Shown: piece by piece, positions 27,861 through 37,263 of the stretch
How the letters are laid out: each line of letters opens with the position of its first letter
How positions within the stretch are numbered: position 1 is the first letter of the stretch
The notes under the pieces: model-generated
The model's database searches: none
What the model was told of the DNA's origin: nothing
What the model saw: only the letters and a program-made list of their open reading frames with translations
Made by a program: the position numbers and the translations under genes
Origin: an uncultured Actinomycetota bacterium
GTDB taxonomy: Bacteria > Actinomycetota > Humimicrobiia > Humimicrobiales > Humimicrobiaceae
Direction: 5' to 3'
Assembly (NCBI GenBank): GCA_964415365.1
Contig: CAYPYW010000010.1
Span: 11,071-75,070, forward strand
DNA length: 64,000 nucleotides

Positions 27861-28415
27861 ATGTCAGAAATAAATGTAGATGCAAGGTTAATTGGGATAA
27901 TCGGTAAGCCGCATGGAATAAGAGGGGAAACAGTTATAATGTTGCTTACCGATTATCCCAAAACTATTAAAAAGGGAGATATACTTTTTTTTGATAAAGA
28001 ATGTATCCGTAAAGCGGAAGTTGAAAATATCAGATGGAAGAGCGCAGGGAAGCTTCGTCTATTAATAATCAAATTTAAAGGTATAGACAGTAGGAGCGAT
28101 GCTGAAAGTTTAAAGGGTACAAATGTCTTCCGGAGTATAAAGGATGCCCCGAAGTTAAAAGAAAACCAGTACTGGATAGATGATATAATAGGCTGTATGG
28201 TTTACATAAAAAATAATATCTTTATCGGACCGGTAATAGATGTAGAGAGATTTGCCACCAATGATAATTTAACTGTAAGGATAGAGAACAGAAGTTTAAA
28301 TATAGAATGTACTGACAATGATATTTTTTATATTCCAGTTATTGAAAGTTATATCAGCAGTATAGATTTAAAAAACAAGAAAATAATATTAAAAAAAATT
28401 CCGGAATACATCTAG
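27861..28415 (+). CDS. rimM: ribosome maturation factor RimM
   Basis: LIGIIGKPHGIRGETVIMLLTDYP; PRC-barrel C-term; synteny. Confidence 0.85.
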   Translation: MSEINVDARLIGIIGKPHGIRGETVIMLLTDYPKTIKKGDILFFDKECIRKAEVENIRWKSAGKLRLLIIKFKGIDSRSDAESLKGTNVFRSIKDAPKLKENQYWIDDIIGCMVYIKNNIFIGPVIDVERFATNDNLTVRIENRSLNIECTDNDIFYIPVIESYISSIDLKNKKIILKKIPEYI

Positions 28416-28457
28416 AATTATTATATTTTTTCAATTTTTATAATCTTTCGTTTAGAA

Positions 28458-29159
28458 ATGTTAAAAATAGATGTTATAACAATTTTCCCAAAAATATTTG
28501 ATAGTATTATTGAATTTGGGGTTATAAAGGAAGCTTTTAAAAAAGGTATCTGCCGGTTAAATGTCTATAATTTAAGAGATTTTTCCAGTTATAAGCATGG
28601 AAAAGTTGATGATAGACCTTATGGCGGAGGTCCGGGCATGGTACTTATGCCAGAGCCAATAGACAACGCCATTGTTTTTATTAGGAAGAAGAACAAGATT
28701 AAAAATAAGGAAAGACAAAAGGTAGTGCTGCTTTCTCCCCAGGGAGAAAAGCTGGATCAGAATAAGTTAAAATATATGGCAGGTCTTGAAAATATAATAC
28801 TTGTTTGTGGAAGGTATGAGGGGGTTGACGAAAGGGTAATAGACTCTCTGATAGATCTTGAGATTTCTATAGGTGATTATGTGCTCACTGGTGGAGAAAT
28901 TCCGGCAATGGTTATAATAGATGGGGTGATAAGATTATTCCCTGGTGTGGTTGGAAAAGAAGAATCTTTAAAATCGGAATCTTTTGAAAAAAACCTGCTT
29001 GATTATCCCCAGTATACAAGGCCACCGGTTTTTAAAGGGCTGGCCGCTCCGGAAATTCTTTTGAGCGGAAACCATAAAAATATAAAGAAATGGAGAAAAG
29101 AAAAGTCAATGGAAATAACCAGAATAAGAAGACCGGATTTATTTGACAAAGATAGTTAA
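28458..29159 (+). CDS. trmD: tRNA (guanine37-N1)-methyltransferase
   Basis: IDVITIFPKIF...; VCGRYEGVDERV; SPOUT fold motifs. Confidence 0.9.
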   Translation: MLKIDVITIFPKIFDSIIEFGVIKEAFKKGICRLNVYNLRDFSSYKHGKVDDRPYGGGPGMVLMPEPIDNAIVFIRKKNKIKNKERQKVVLLSPQGEKLDQNKLKYMAGLENIILVCGRYEGVDERVIDSLIDLEISIGDYVLTGGEIPAMVIIDGVIRLFPGVVGKEESLKSESFEKNLLDYPQYTRPPVFKGLAAPEILLSGNHKNIKKWRKEKSMEITRIRRPDLFDKDS

Positions 29160-29217
29160 ATTAATTATATTTGTTTGGTTCTTATTAGAATGAAAAAGAG
29201 ATAGGTTGGAGAATAAA

Positions 29218-29559
29218 ATGAATAAACTGGATAAAATAGAAAGTAAATATGTAAAAACTGATATACCTGAATTTGGTCCCGGGGATAAAGTGAAGGTCAG
29301 GATAAAAATTAGCGAAGAAAATAAGGACAGAATTCAGGTCCTTGAAGGAATTGTAATAGGAATTAAAGGCTCCGGAATTGGTAAAACATTTACGGTAAGA
29401 AAGATCTCTTTTAACAATGTAGGTGTTGAGAGGACATTCCTTCTAAATTCGCCTGTAATCCAATCTATTGAGAGGGTCGGTGAAGGCCTGACAAGAAGAG
29501 CTAAACTATATTATCTCAGGGATAAAATCGGTAAAAAATCAAAAATCAAGTTTAAATAA
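29218..29559 (+). CDS. rplS: 50S ribosomal protein L19
   Basis: FGPGDKVKVRIKISEENKDRIQVLEGIVIGIKGSGIGKTFTVRKI; ATG 29218 with GGAG RBS preferred over TTG 29206. Confidence 0.9.
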   Translation: MNKLDKIESKYVKTDIPEFGPGDKVKVRIKISEENKDRIQVLEGIVIGIKGSGIGKTFTVRKISFNNVGVERTFLLNSPVIQSIERVGEGLTRRAKLYYLRDKIGKKSKIKFK

Positions 29560-29591
29560 ATAAGTGTGCAACCATTTAACTTTTTATATTA

Positions 29592-30134
29592 ATGCCTCTT
29601 GAAAATAAACAGGTTAACACCAGAAATAGAAGAATTTTTAAGGAATTTTTGGTGTACGTCATTATCATTTTAGCAGCAGTAATATCAGCCACTTTGATTA
29701 GAATTTTTATATTTGAACCTTTCATTGTTCCCACACCTTCAATGGAGCCAAAATTGCAAGTTGGAGATAAAGTAATAATTAATAAGCTGGCTTATAAATT
29801 CGGTTCCGCAAAAAGAGGAGATATTGTAGCATTTCATTCTCCGATAGAAGAAAAAGATCTGGTTAAAAGGGCTATTGCTATAGAGGGGGATGAAATTGTT
29901 CTAACCACTGAAGGTGAGATTTTTATAAATGGCGAAAAAATCGTTGAAAATTATCTACCGGGCGATCAAAATATATCCTATATCAATCAAACTGTGGTTG
30001 TCGGTGAAAATGAAGTATTCGTAATGGGAGATAATAGAAATAATAGTTTTGACAGCAGGTTTTTTGGGACGATTTCAGAGGATGATATATTCGGGAAATT
30101 TGTAATAATTTACTGGCCTCCATCCAGGTGGTAA
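29592..30134 (+). CDS. lepB: signal peptidase I
   Basis: N-terminal TM segment; catalytic box PTPSMEPKL (SMEPT); VMGDNRNNSFDSR box. Confidence 0.85.
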   Translation: MPLENKQVNTRNRRIFKEFLVYVIIILAAVISATLIRIFIFEPFIVPTPSMEPKLQVGDKVIINKLAYKFGSAKRGDIVAFHSPIEEKDLVKRAIAIEGDEIVLTTEGEIFINGEKIVENYLPGDQNISYINQTVVVGENEVFVMGDNRNNSFDSRFFGTISEDDIFGKFVIIYWPPSRW

Positions 30135-30147
30135 TTTTTCCAGCGGT

Positions 30148-30771
30148 ATGGAATTTAAGGAAATAAAGAGATTGGTGGATTTGTGCAGGTATGAGGATGA
30201 TCTGCATATTGCGGGCTATGAAAAAGTAGCCGGAGTCGATGAAGTAGGGAGGGGATCACTGGCTGGTCCTCTGGTTGCCGCGGCAGTTATTCTGGATAAG
30301 AAAAAGCTGATAATAGAAGATATAAATGATTCCAAGAAACTAACTGCAGAGAAAAGGAAATATGTTTTTAAAAAGGTAATTAAAAGTTGCCTGTGCTGGT
30401 CTGTAGTTAAAATCCCCCCCGATGAAATTGATAGGCTTTCAATAACAAAAGCTAATGCAATTGCATTTAGAAAGGCAATTAACAGCTTAAAAATAAAGCC
30501 GGATATTATTTTATCAGATCATATTAGTACGAATCTTGGTATTAAATATTTACCTATTGTCAATGGTGACCAACTCAGTATCTCTGTTGCTGCTGCCTCA
30601 ATAATTGCCAAAGTGATCAGAGATCAAATAATGTTTAAGTTCTCCAGGTATTATCCTGAGTATGGATTTGAACATAATAAGGGTTATGGCACCGTAAAAC
30701 ATTTGAAATCACTTCAAAAATATGGGCCGACACTTATTCATAGAGTATCTTTCAGAGGTGTTTTAAGTTAA
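30148..30771 (+). CDS. rnhB: ribonuclease HII
   Basis: GVDEVGRGSLAGPLVAAAVIL catalytic motif; 207 aa. Confidence 0.9.
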   Translation: MEFKEIKRLVDLCRYEDDLHIAGYEKVAGVDEVGRGSLAGPLVAAAVILDKKKLIIEDINDSKKLTAEKRKYVFKKVIKSCLCWSVVKIPPDEIDRLSITKANAIAFRKAINSLKIKPDIILSDHISTNLGIKYLPIVNGDQLSISVAAASIIAKVIRDQIMFKFSRYYPEYGFEHNKGYGTVKHLKSLQKYGPTLIHRVSFRGVLS

Positions 30772-30781
30772 TAGTTTTAAC

Positions 30782-31201
30782 AAAAAAATCGTAGGAAGAG
30801 CAGGGGAACTTATTGCCCGGAAATACCTGGAAGAAAAAGGATATTTTATCTTAGAAAGAAATTACAGGAATAAGTACGGCGAAATAGATATAATAGCCAG
30901 GAAGGGCAGGAATTTAATTTTTGTGGAGGTTAAAACCAGGACCAGTCTGGAATATGGATATCCACTGGAGGCTATTAATAAATTAAAAGCTATAAGAATA
31001 AAAAAATTAGCCAGTTTATATATTGCCACTGGTAAACTCTCGGCATTTGATCCCAGCTTTGATGTTATTTCTATAATCACAAGTAGTAGTTTTATTAAGG
31101 AATTAGCAGGGAAAGAAGATGCTCTGCAAAAAATAATCTTATCAAGTACCCTGAAGGATAATAAGAATCTGAAGATTGAACATATAGAGAACGCTTTTTA
31201 G
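30782..31201 (+). CDS. yraN: YraN/UPF0102-family endonuclease (PD-(D/E)xK); start codon unresolved
   Basis: KKIVGRAGELIARKYLEEKGYFILERNYRNKYGEIDIIARKGRNLIFVEVKTR matches the YraN family, including catalytic D (EIDII) and E.K (VEVK); frame opens after TAA 30764-30766, but the first canonical start (GTG 30923) lies downstream of the catalytic Asp; only ATC 30788 / ATT 30812 are in frame. Confidence 0.6.
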   Translation, partial: KKIVGRAGELIARKYLEEKGYFILERNYRNKYGEIDIIARKGRNLIFVEVKTRTSLEYGYPLEAINKLKAIRIKKLASLYIATGKLSAFDPSFDVISIITSSSFIKELAGKEDALQKIILSSTLKDNKNLKIEHIENAF

Positions 31202-31226
31202 AAAAGTTAATCTGAGAGCCCTGTAT

Positions 31227-31255
31227 TTGACGCAAAAAGAGCCCTAAAATATAAT
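31227..31255 (+). promoter_or_regulatory. consensus-like sigma-70 promoter (TTGACG-17-TATAAT) for the HD-GYP gene
   Basis: Seen in sequence; about 95-nt leader to ATG 31351. Confidence 0.45.
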
Positions 31256-31350
31256 ATCAATAGTTGGTATAAGTATTTATTATATTGTTGTAATATAATT
31301 AACATTGAAGGAATACCTAATATTTTTGTAGGCTATTTTAAAAAAAATTT

Positions 31351-33366
31351 ATGATGATAGTAAAAGAAGTTATAAAAAGTAAAACCAGTAATGATAAGAT
31401 ACAGCAGAAATTGGAAGATCTCGAACTTCTGAATTCTGTAAATATTGCTGTGAACCGTGGTGATAGTTTAAGTAAAATAATTGAACTTGTATCTGTAAAG
31501 GCCAGAAAGTTGTTTTCAGGTTTTGGAACAACTGTATATCTTCTAAGCGAAGATAAAAAGTATCTGGCAATTCGAAAACTTAATCTTCCGTCAGCAGTAG
31601 AAAAAAGGATAGAAAGTTTAATTGGGTTAAAAATATCCACGATAAAAATTCTCATTAAGAAGGGGGGTCGTTATTATAGGGCACTCAAAGAAAAAAAACC
31701 GCAAATTATAAATGATGCTGTTGAAATAAAAGAACTGTTGTGGGAATTGACTGAGACCATACCCGAAGATCAAAAAGCAGTAAAGGCAATGATTAAAAAA
31801 CTTATGCCGGCAATTTATAAGATTCTGGGTATAAAGTCGGTTATGATTGTTCCGCTTGTTACGGGAGGCAGGGTTTTAGGGATGCTGGATATTTCTGGAA
31901 GGAAGCCTTTTACAAGTTTTGATCTGGAGAGAATTAGTACTATTTCGGGACAGCTGGCTATTGCAATTAATAGAAAGCAAACAGAGGATGAGATAAGATC
32001 TATATTTGAAGAAATAAGGACAAGTGAAAACAGGTTTAAAAAATTATTCGAGCATATGAGCAGTGGCGTGGCAGTATATGAGGCTGTAGATGATGGAAGT
32101 GATTTTATCTTCAAAGATCTCAATAGAGCTGCGGAAAAGATAGATAGAGTTAAGAGAAAGGACATTATAGGTAAGAGTGTTCTGAAAGTTTTTCCAGGAG
32201 TAAAAGATTTTGGAGTTTTTGATGTTTTTAGGAGAGTGTATAAGACCGGTAGACCTGAAAAATACCCTATTTCTTTTTATGAGGATAACAGAATTTCGGG
32301 CTGGAGGCGTAATTATGTTTATAAGCTGCCTTCAGGGGAAATAGTAGCTGTTTATGATGATATAACCAGACAAAAAGAGGCGGAAGAATCATTAAGAATC
32401 AGTGAAGAGTTCAGTTCAAGTTTGATGGAAAATTCTTCCAGTCCTATTATGGTGGTGAATGCAGACATGTCCATAAGGTATGTAAACCCCGCACTGAAAA
32501 ATTTAGTTGGTTTAAAATCAAGTGAAATTTTAGATAAGAAACCGCCTTATCCGTGGTGGCCTGGAGAATTTAAGACTAAATATATCAGGGAATTTAAAAT
32601 AGTTTTAAGGAAGGGTTGCAGAAGGCGTGAGCTGCTTTTTAATAATAAGATGGGAGAAAAGTTCTGGGTTGAAGTTGATGGGAAGCCTGTATCCAGGAGC
32701 GGAGAGCTAAAATATTTGATAATAAATTGGTTTGATGTAACTGACCGTAAGATAATAGAGGATAATTTAAAAATAAGTTATAACAAACTGCAGAAAATGC
32801 TGGAAGGTACTATAGGTACATTAGCGACAATAGTGGAGACAAAGGATCCTTATACCTCCGGTCATCAAAAAAGAGTATCCAAACTGGCTGTAGCTATTTC
32901 AAGGGAACTTGGCCTGGAGGATAAAGTAATTGAATGTATAAGGACAGCGGCAGAGATTCATGACATAGGGAAAATAAATATACCTGCTTCAATTTTGACA
33001 AAACCTGGGAGATTATCGGATATAGAGTATGATATGATTAAAACCCATCCCCAGTTAGGTTACGATATGATTAATAAGATAGATTTTCCTACGCCCATTG
33101 CGGAGATTATACTCCAACATCATGAAAAACTGGACGGTTCAGGGTATCCCAGGGGTTTAAAAGGAAAAGATATAATGCTTGAGGCTAAAATATTGGCTGT
33201 AGCTGATATAGTGGAGGCTATGTCATCTTACAGGCCATACCGTCCTGCTCTGGGGCCAGGTATAGCAATCAAAGAAATTAGAAAAAATAGGGGTAAATTA
33301 TATGACCCCAGGATCGTGGATATCTGTATTAAAATTATTACCAAGAAAGGTTTTAAATTCAACTGA
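31351..33366 (+). CDS. GAF-PAS-PAS-HD-GYP signalling protein (putative c-di-GMP phosphodiesterase)
   Basis: HD-GYP motifs HDIGK and HHEKLDGSGYP in the C-terminal third; N-terminal GAF-like and two PAS-like regions (judged from pattern only); 671 aa. Confidence 0.8.
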   Translation: MMIVKEVIKSKTSNDKIQQKLEDLELLNSVNIAVNRGDSLSKIIELVSVKARKLFSGFGTTVYLLSEDKKYLAIRKLNLPSAVEKRIESLIGLKISTIKILIKKGGRYYRALKEKKPQIINDAVEIKELLWELTETIPEDQKAVKAMIKKLMPAIYKILGIKSVMIVPLVTGGRVLGMLDISGRKPFTSFDLERISTISGQLAIAINRKQTEDEIRSIFEEIRTSENRFKKLFEHMSSGVAVYEAVDDGSDFIFKDLNRAAEKIDRVKRKDIIGKSVLKVFPGVKDFGVFDVFRRVYKTGRPEKYPISFYEDNRISGWRRNYVYKLPSGEIVAVYDDITRQKEAEESLRISEEFSSSLMENSSSPIMVVNADMSIRYVNPALKNLVGLKSSEILDKKPPYPWWPGEFKTKYIREFKIVLRKGCRRRELLFNNKMGEKFWVEVDGKPVSRSGELKYLIINWFDVTDRKIIEDNLKISYNKLQKMLEGTIGTLATIVETKDPYTSGHQKRVSKLAVAISRELGLEDKVIECIRTAAEIHDIGKINIPASILTKPGRLSDIEYDMIKTHPQLGYDMINKIDFPTPIAEIILQHHEKLDGSGYPRGLKGKDIMLEAKILAVADIVEAMSSYRPYRPALGPGIAIKEIRKNRGKLYDPRIVDICIKIITKKGFKFN

Positions 33367-33455
33367 TTTTAAAATCTTTACCTTATAATTATTATAGTTA
33401 TTATAGCTAAAGACCTTTATCATCAATGAGACAATTTTTGGAAGGATAAAAGATT

Positions 33456-34010
33456 ATGAAACTTAAATATACGGAGATAGGAGTTTGCGGCCTTTCCTGT
33501 CGTCTCTGCCCGGGTTATGTTATGAAGACAAAGAGCAAGTGTCCTGGCTGTAAAACAGAGTGGCGGCTTGGTGGCCCATGCTCTATTCTGCATTGTGCTG
33601 TGAAAAGAAATATAGATTTTTGCGGTGATTGCGATGAGAGCAAAACCTGTGCGAAATGGAAAAGACACCGCGAGATGGGAAAGAAGTATGATTCATTTAA
33701 ATGTTATCAGAAACTTGAAGATGATATTGCTTTTATCCAAGAGCATGGCTTAGCTGAATTCAGGAAATCGCAAAAAGTCAGGGAAAAGCTGCTCTGGAAG
33801 ATGCTTGATGAATTTAATGAAGACCGCTCAAAAAGTTATTATTGTATTGCTGCAACAGTGTTAGAAGTAGATGAGCTGGAAAAGGCTATAGCGGAAGCCA
33901 GAAGCGGTTCTAAGGGTCTTAATATAAAAGAAAAAGCTAAACTACTTCATTCCATCCTGGATAGAATTGCTGCTGAGAAGAAATACTATTTAAAGTTAAG
34001 AAAAAAATAA
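33456..34010 (+). CDS. cysteine-rich DUF3795-like protein with extended alpha-helical C-terminal region
   Basis: CGLSCRLCPGY...CPGC...C..LHC...C.DC...C pattern resembles DUF3795 (recalled from memory); 184 aa. Confidence 0.45.
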   Translation: MKLKYTEIGVCGLSCRLCPGYVMKTKSKCPGCKTEWRLGGPCSILHCAVKRNIDFCGDCDESKTCAKWKRHREMGKKYDSFKCYQKLEDDIAFIQEHGLAEFRKSQKVREKLLWKMLDEFNEDRSKSYYCIAATVLEVDELEKAIAEARSGSKGLNIKEKAKLLHSILDRIAAEKKYYLKLRKK

Positions 34011-34072
34011 AAATACCTATACTTATTCTTCTTATAATTCACAATTACTTGAGCCTCATACTTATTATGTAA

Positions 34073-34101
34073 TTGACTATATGTGCATTTATGTATATAA
34101 T
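34073..34101 (+). promoter_or_regulatory. consensus promoter TTGACT-17-TATAAT ending 6 nt before the yifB ATG (predicts a leaderless mRNA)
   Basis: Exact hexamers and 17-bp spacer seen in sequence. Confidence 0.4.
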
Positions 34102-34107
34102 TAATCC

Positions 34108-35649
34108 ATGTTTTTCAAGCTGGACAGTTTCACATTAACTGGCATTGATGCTATAAAAGTATCGGTAGAGGTTCACATATCAAGAGGCCTTCCTGAATTT
34201 ATAATTGTAGGTCTGCCGGGGAAAGCTGTAAATGAATCAAGACAGAGAGTAAGATCTGCGATCATCAATAGCGGATTTGATTTTCCGGTTAAAAAAATAA
34301 TTGTAAATCTATCACCAGCGGATATAAAGAAAGACGGCTCTTTTTATGACTTACCGATAGCTCTTTCGATTCTTGCAGCCAGCGGCCAGATTAAATGTAA
34401 TATCTCTAAAGAATCATGTTTTGTAGGAGAACTGTCATTGGATGGAAGTGTAAATCCGGTGAAAGGTTTAATTTCTATGGCGGAGGAAGTGCGGAATATA
34501 GGTAAGAAATTCTTTTTCGTACCCCTCAAAATTGCGAGTCAGGCTTCTTTTATTTCCGGTGTAAATATAGTGGCGTGCAAAAATCTATCCGAAGCTGTAG
34601 AAGCTCTCTCCGGCAAAGAACAAACAGAAAAATTTATATGCGAGGATAAAAATATTTCAAATGTAGGGAATCATTACAATTTTGATTTTAAGGATGTGAA
34701 AGGTCAACTCAGGGCGAAGAGAGCACTGGAAATAGCCGTAAGCGGGAGACATAATATCCTGCTGGTCGGCCCTCCGGGTAGCGGTAAAACTATGCTTGCT
34801 CAGAGAGCTGTTACTATAATGCCGGACTTAAGCCTGGAGGAGTGTATTGAAGTTACTAAGGTCTATAGTTTATACGAAAAGTATACCAGTCATTTAATAC
34901 AGGAAAGACCGTTTAGAAGTCCTCATCACACCATAAGCAGAGCAGGACTTATCGGAGGAGGTATCAGTCCAAGACCCGGTGAAATCAGTCTTGCTCATAA
35001 GGGCCTGCTGTTTTTGGACGAGTTTTCACAGTTTCCCAAAAATTTTATAGAGGATTTGAGACAGCCTCTGGAAGATAAAAAAGTAATTATCACGCGGAAC
35101 CATCTTTCCTATAGTTTTCCCTGCAGTTTCATGTTAATAGTAGCTACCAATCCCTGTTATTGCGGGTATTTTGGGGATGAAAGAAGAAAATGTATTTGCA
35201 GTCAGAGAGAAATACAAAAATTCTGGAAGAAAATGTCTGGTCCTGTTATGGACAGAATTGATATGAGGGTCACTGTTGCCAGGCTTCCGGAAAGCAGTTT
35301 CATAAAAACTGAGTGCGGTGAGAGTTCAAATCAGGTAAAGAACCGTATCAGGAAATGCGTAAATGTGCAGAAATCGCGGTTCGGGCACGAAAATATCAAC
35401 TACAATTCTGAAATTGGAATAAATATTGTTAATAAGTGGTTAAAAGGTAATAAGAGCGTAAGGGATTTAATATATACAATTTCAGGAAAATATAATCTAA
35501 CAGCTAGGGGCATGGTAAGTATCTTAAAAGTTTCCCGGACTATAGCTGATCTTGAGGAAAGTAACACTATTGAAGAGCGTCATATTATCGAAGCTGTTCA
35601 TTACAGGGTTGGTTGTGATAATAATCAGAGCAGCAGTTTTCTTATATGA
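34108..35649 (+). CDS. comM: YifB/ComM family Mg-chelatase-like AAA+ ATPase
   Basis: N-terminus MFFKLDSFTLTGIDAIKVSVEVHISRGLPEFIIVGLPGKAVNESRQRVRSAIINSGF aligns residue-for-residue with E. coli YifB; Walker A GPPGSGKT. Confidence 0.85.
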   Translation: MFFKLDSFTLTGIDAIKVSVEVHISRGLPEFIIVGLPGKAVNESRQRVRSAIINSGFDFPVKKIIVNLSPADIKKDGSFYDLPIALSILAASGQIKCNISKESCFVGELSLDGSVNPVKGLISMAEEVRNIGKKFFFVPLKIASQASFISGVNIVACKNLSEAVEALSGKEQTEKFICEDKNISNVGNHYNFDFKDVKGQLRAKRALEIAVSGRHNILLVGPPGSGKTMLAQRAVTIMPDLSLEECIEVTKVYSLYEKYTSHLIQERPFRSPHHTISRAGLIGGGISPRPGEISLAHKGLLFLDEFSQFPKNFIEDLRQPLEDKKVIITRNHLSYSFPCSFMLIVATNPCYCGYFGDERRKCICSQREIQKFWKKMSGPVMDRIDMRVTVARLPESSFIKTECGESSNQVKNRIRKCVNVQKSRFGHENINYNSEIGINIVNKWLKGNKSVRDLIYTISGKYNLTARGMVSILKVSRTIADLEESNTIEERHIIEAVHYRVGCDNNQSSSFLI

Positions 35650-36782
35650 AAATCAGAAATGGAGAAAAAATATTATATATACTGGTTGAGAAAAAAGTTA
35701 AGCCTATGAGGTTTATAAGTGTATACAGGAACAATAACGGTGATATAAATAAAACTCTGGATTACTTTTTGAGACACGAGAATTTAAAGCTGAATTATGG
35801 TGGAACAAACGGAGAGAATCATAATCATATGGGTAGCAGCGGGAACTGTTACCAAAAGGTTATTGATTTCATTTTAAAAAATGAAGTGGGTTTGCTTGAT
35901 ATTGGCGAGGATAGCTATCCAAAAATATTAAGACAGATATATCTGCCTCCTCCCATATTATTTTTTAAAGGTAATAAAATAAAAGAAACAAAATTTTGTG
36001 TTGCCATTGTAGGCAGCAGAAAGTGTACTGCTTATGGACGTGAGGCAGCCGGGTATATAAGCAGAAATTTATCGGAAATCGGGATGACAGTTGTTAGCGG
36101 TATGGCAATAGGGGTCGATAGTTATGCCCATAAAGCGGCATTAGAGGGAAAGGGTGGAAGTATCGGGGTGCTGGGATGCGGTATTGATATCGTTTATCCG
36201 CCCGAGAATAAGTTTTTATATGAGGATATACTTCTGGACGGCAGTATAATAACTGAATTTCTTCCAAAAACTCCACCGCTTAAAAGTAATTTTCCGGTCA
36301 GAAATAGAATAATCAGTGGCCTTTGCAGAGGAGTTATAGTTGTGGAGGCAGGAGAAAAAAGTGGAGCAGTAATAACCTGCAAGATGGCACTCAGACAAAA
36401 CAGGGAAGTATTCGCAGTTCCAGGCAATATTTTTAATCCAATGAGCAGAGGGTGTCATAAGCTAATTAAAAATGGTGCGAAGCTGGTAGAATGTGTTGAT
36501 GATGTACTGGAGGAGTTTTCTCAGTATTATAAGGGAGATTTGAGGTTATATGGAAACCATGACAATGCCGACAACAAGGGATCTAACAACAGACATGATT
36601 CAGAGCTTCAGGGCTGTGAACTCAAGATATATGAGTTTATTGGATACAAACCAAAAAGTATGGAAGAGATAGTAAGATATTCAGGAATGGAGGTCAAAGA
36701 AGTCCTGAGGATATTGACCTCCCTTGAGATGAAGCAACTGATCAGTGAAGATAGTTTTAATAAATATAGTAGATTATTTTAA
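35646..36782 (+). CDS. dprA: DNA processing protein DprA (Smf)
   Basis: Rossmann-like core GSRKCTAYGREAAGYISRNLSEIGMTVVSGMAIGVDSYAHKAAL; C-terminal winged-helix-like tail; 378 aa. Confidence 0.85.
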   Translation: MKIRNGEKILYILVEKKVKPMRFISVYRNNNGDINKTLDYFLRHENLKLNYGGTNGENHNHMGSSGNCYQKVIDFILKNEVGLLDIGEDSYPKILRQIYLPPPILFFKGNKIKETKFCVAIVGSRKCTAYGREAAGYISRNLSEIGMTVVSGMAIGVDSYAHKAALEGKGGSIGVLGCGIDIVYPPENKFLYEDILLDGSIITEFLPKTPPLKSNFPVRNRIISGLCRGVIVVEAGEKSGAVITCKMALRQNREVFAVPGNIFNPMSRGCHKLIKNGAKLVECVDDVLEEFSQYYKGDLRLYGNHDNADNKGSNNRHDSELQGCELKIYEFIGYKPKSMEEIVRYSGMEVKEVLRILTSLEMKQLISEDSFNKYSRLF

Positions 36783-36838
36783 ATTTTGTTATTAAAATAG
36801 TAATATATTTTTATTGGAATCAGGCAGGGAGTATAAAA

Positions 36839-37261
36839 ATGGCGTTATTTCGCAGAAAAAAAATTGAAAAACCCAAGAGTCCTCTGGGTTCTGCATTGTA
36901 TAAGTACGATGATATCCTTAAAAAGGATTTAAAGAGAGTTTTGGATAGAATAAACACAAAGGGGAAACTCAATCCAGTAAGGGCCAGTATTGTTATCGAG
37001 GGTGCTGTTGGTAAGTTTGATGTAATACTTAATGACTTATCCAGGGAAAATTTGAAAATTGATTACAGGTCGGACAAAATAAGATATTTAATTATTGATA
37101 TGATAAATGGGCTAAAAACTTTTTTTAGTGAAGCAAAAGCCCTTGATTATGATCCGGTAAAAATGGAGGAGAATAAGAAACTTGCTGGAATGAGTGAGGT
37201 AGTAAAAATTCGGGAGATTATAAAAGGCAAGATGAAGGATATCGAGAGTGACTATTTATAA
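36839..37261 (+). CDS. hypothetical protein (140 aa), translationally coupled to xerC
   Basis: No recognisable motifs; stop is 2 nt before the xerC ATG. Confidence 0.45.
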   Translation: MALFRRKKIEKPKSPLGSALYKYDDILKKDLKRVLDRINTKGKLNPVRASIVIEGAVGKFDVILNDLSRENLKIDYRSDKIRYLIIDMINGLKTFFSEAKALDYDPVKMEENKKLAGMSEVVKIREIIKGKMKDIESDYL

Positions 37262-37263
37262 GT

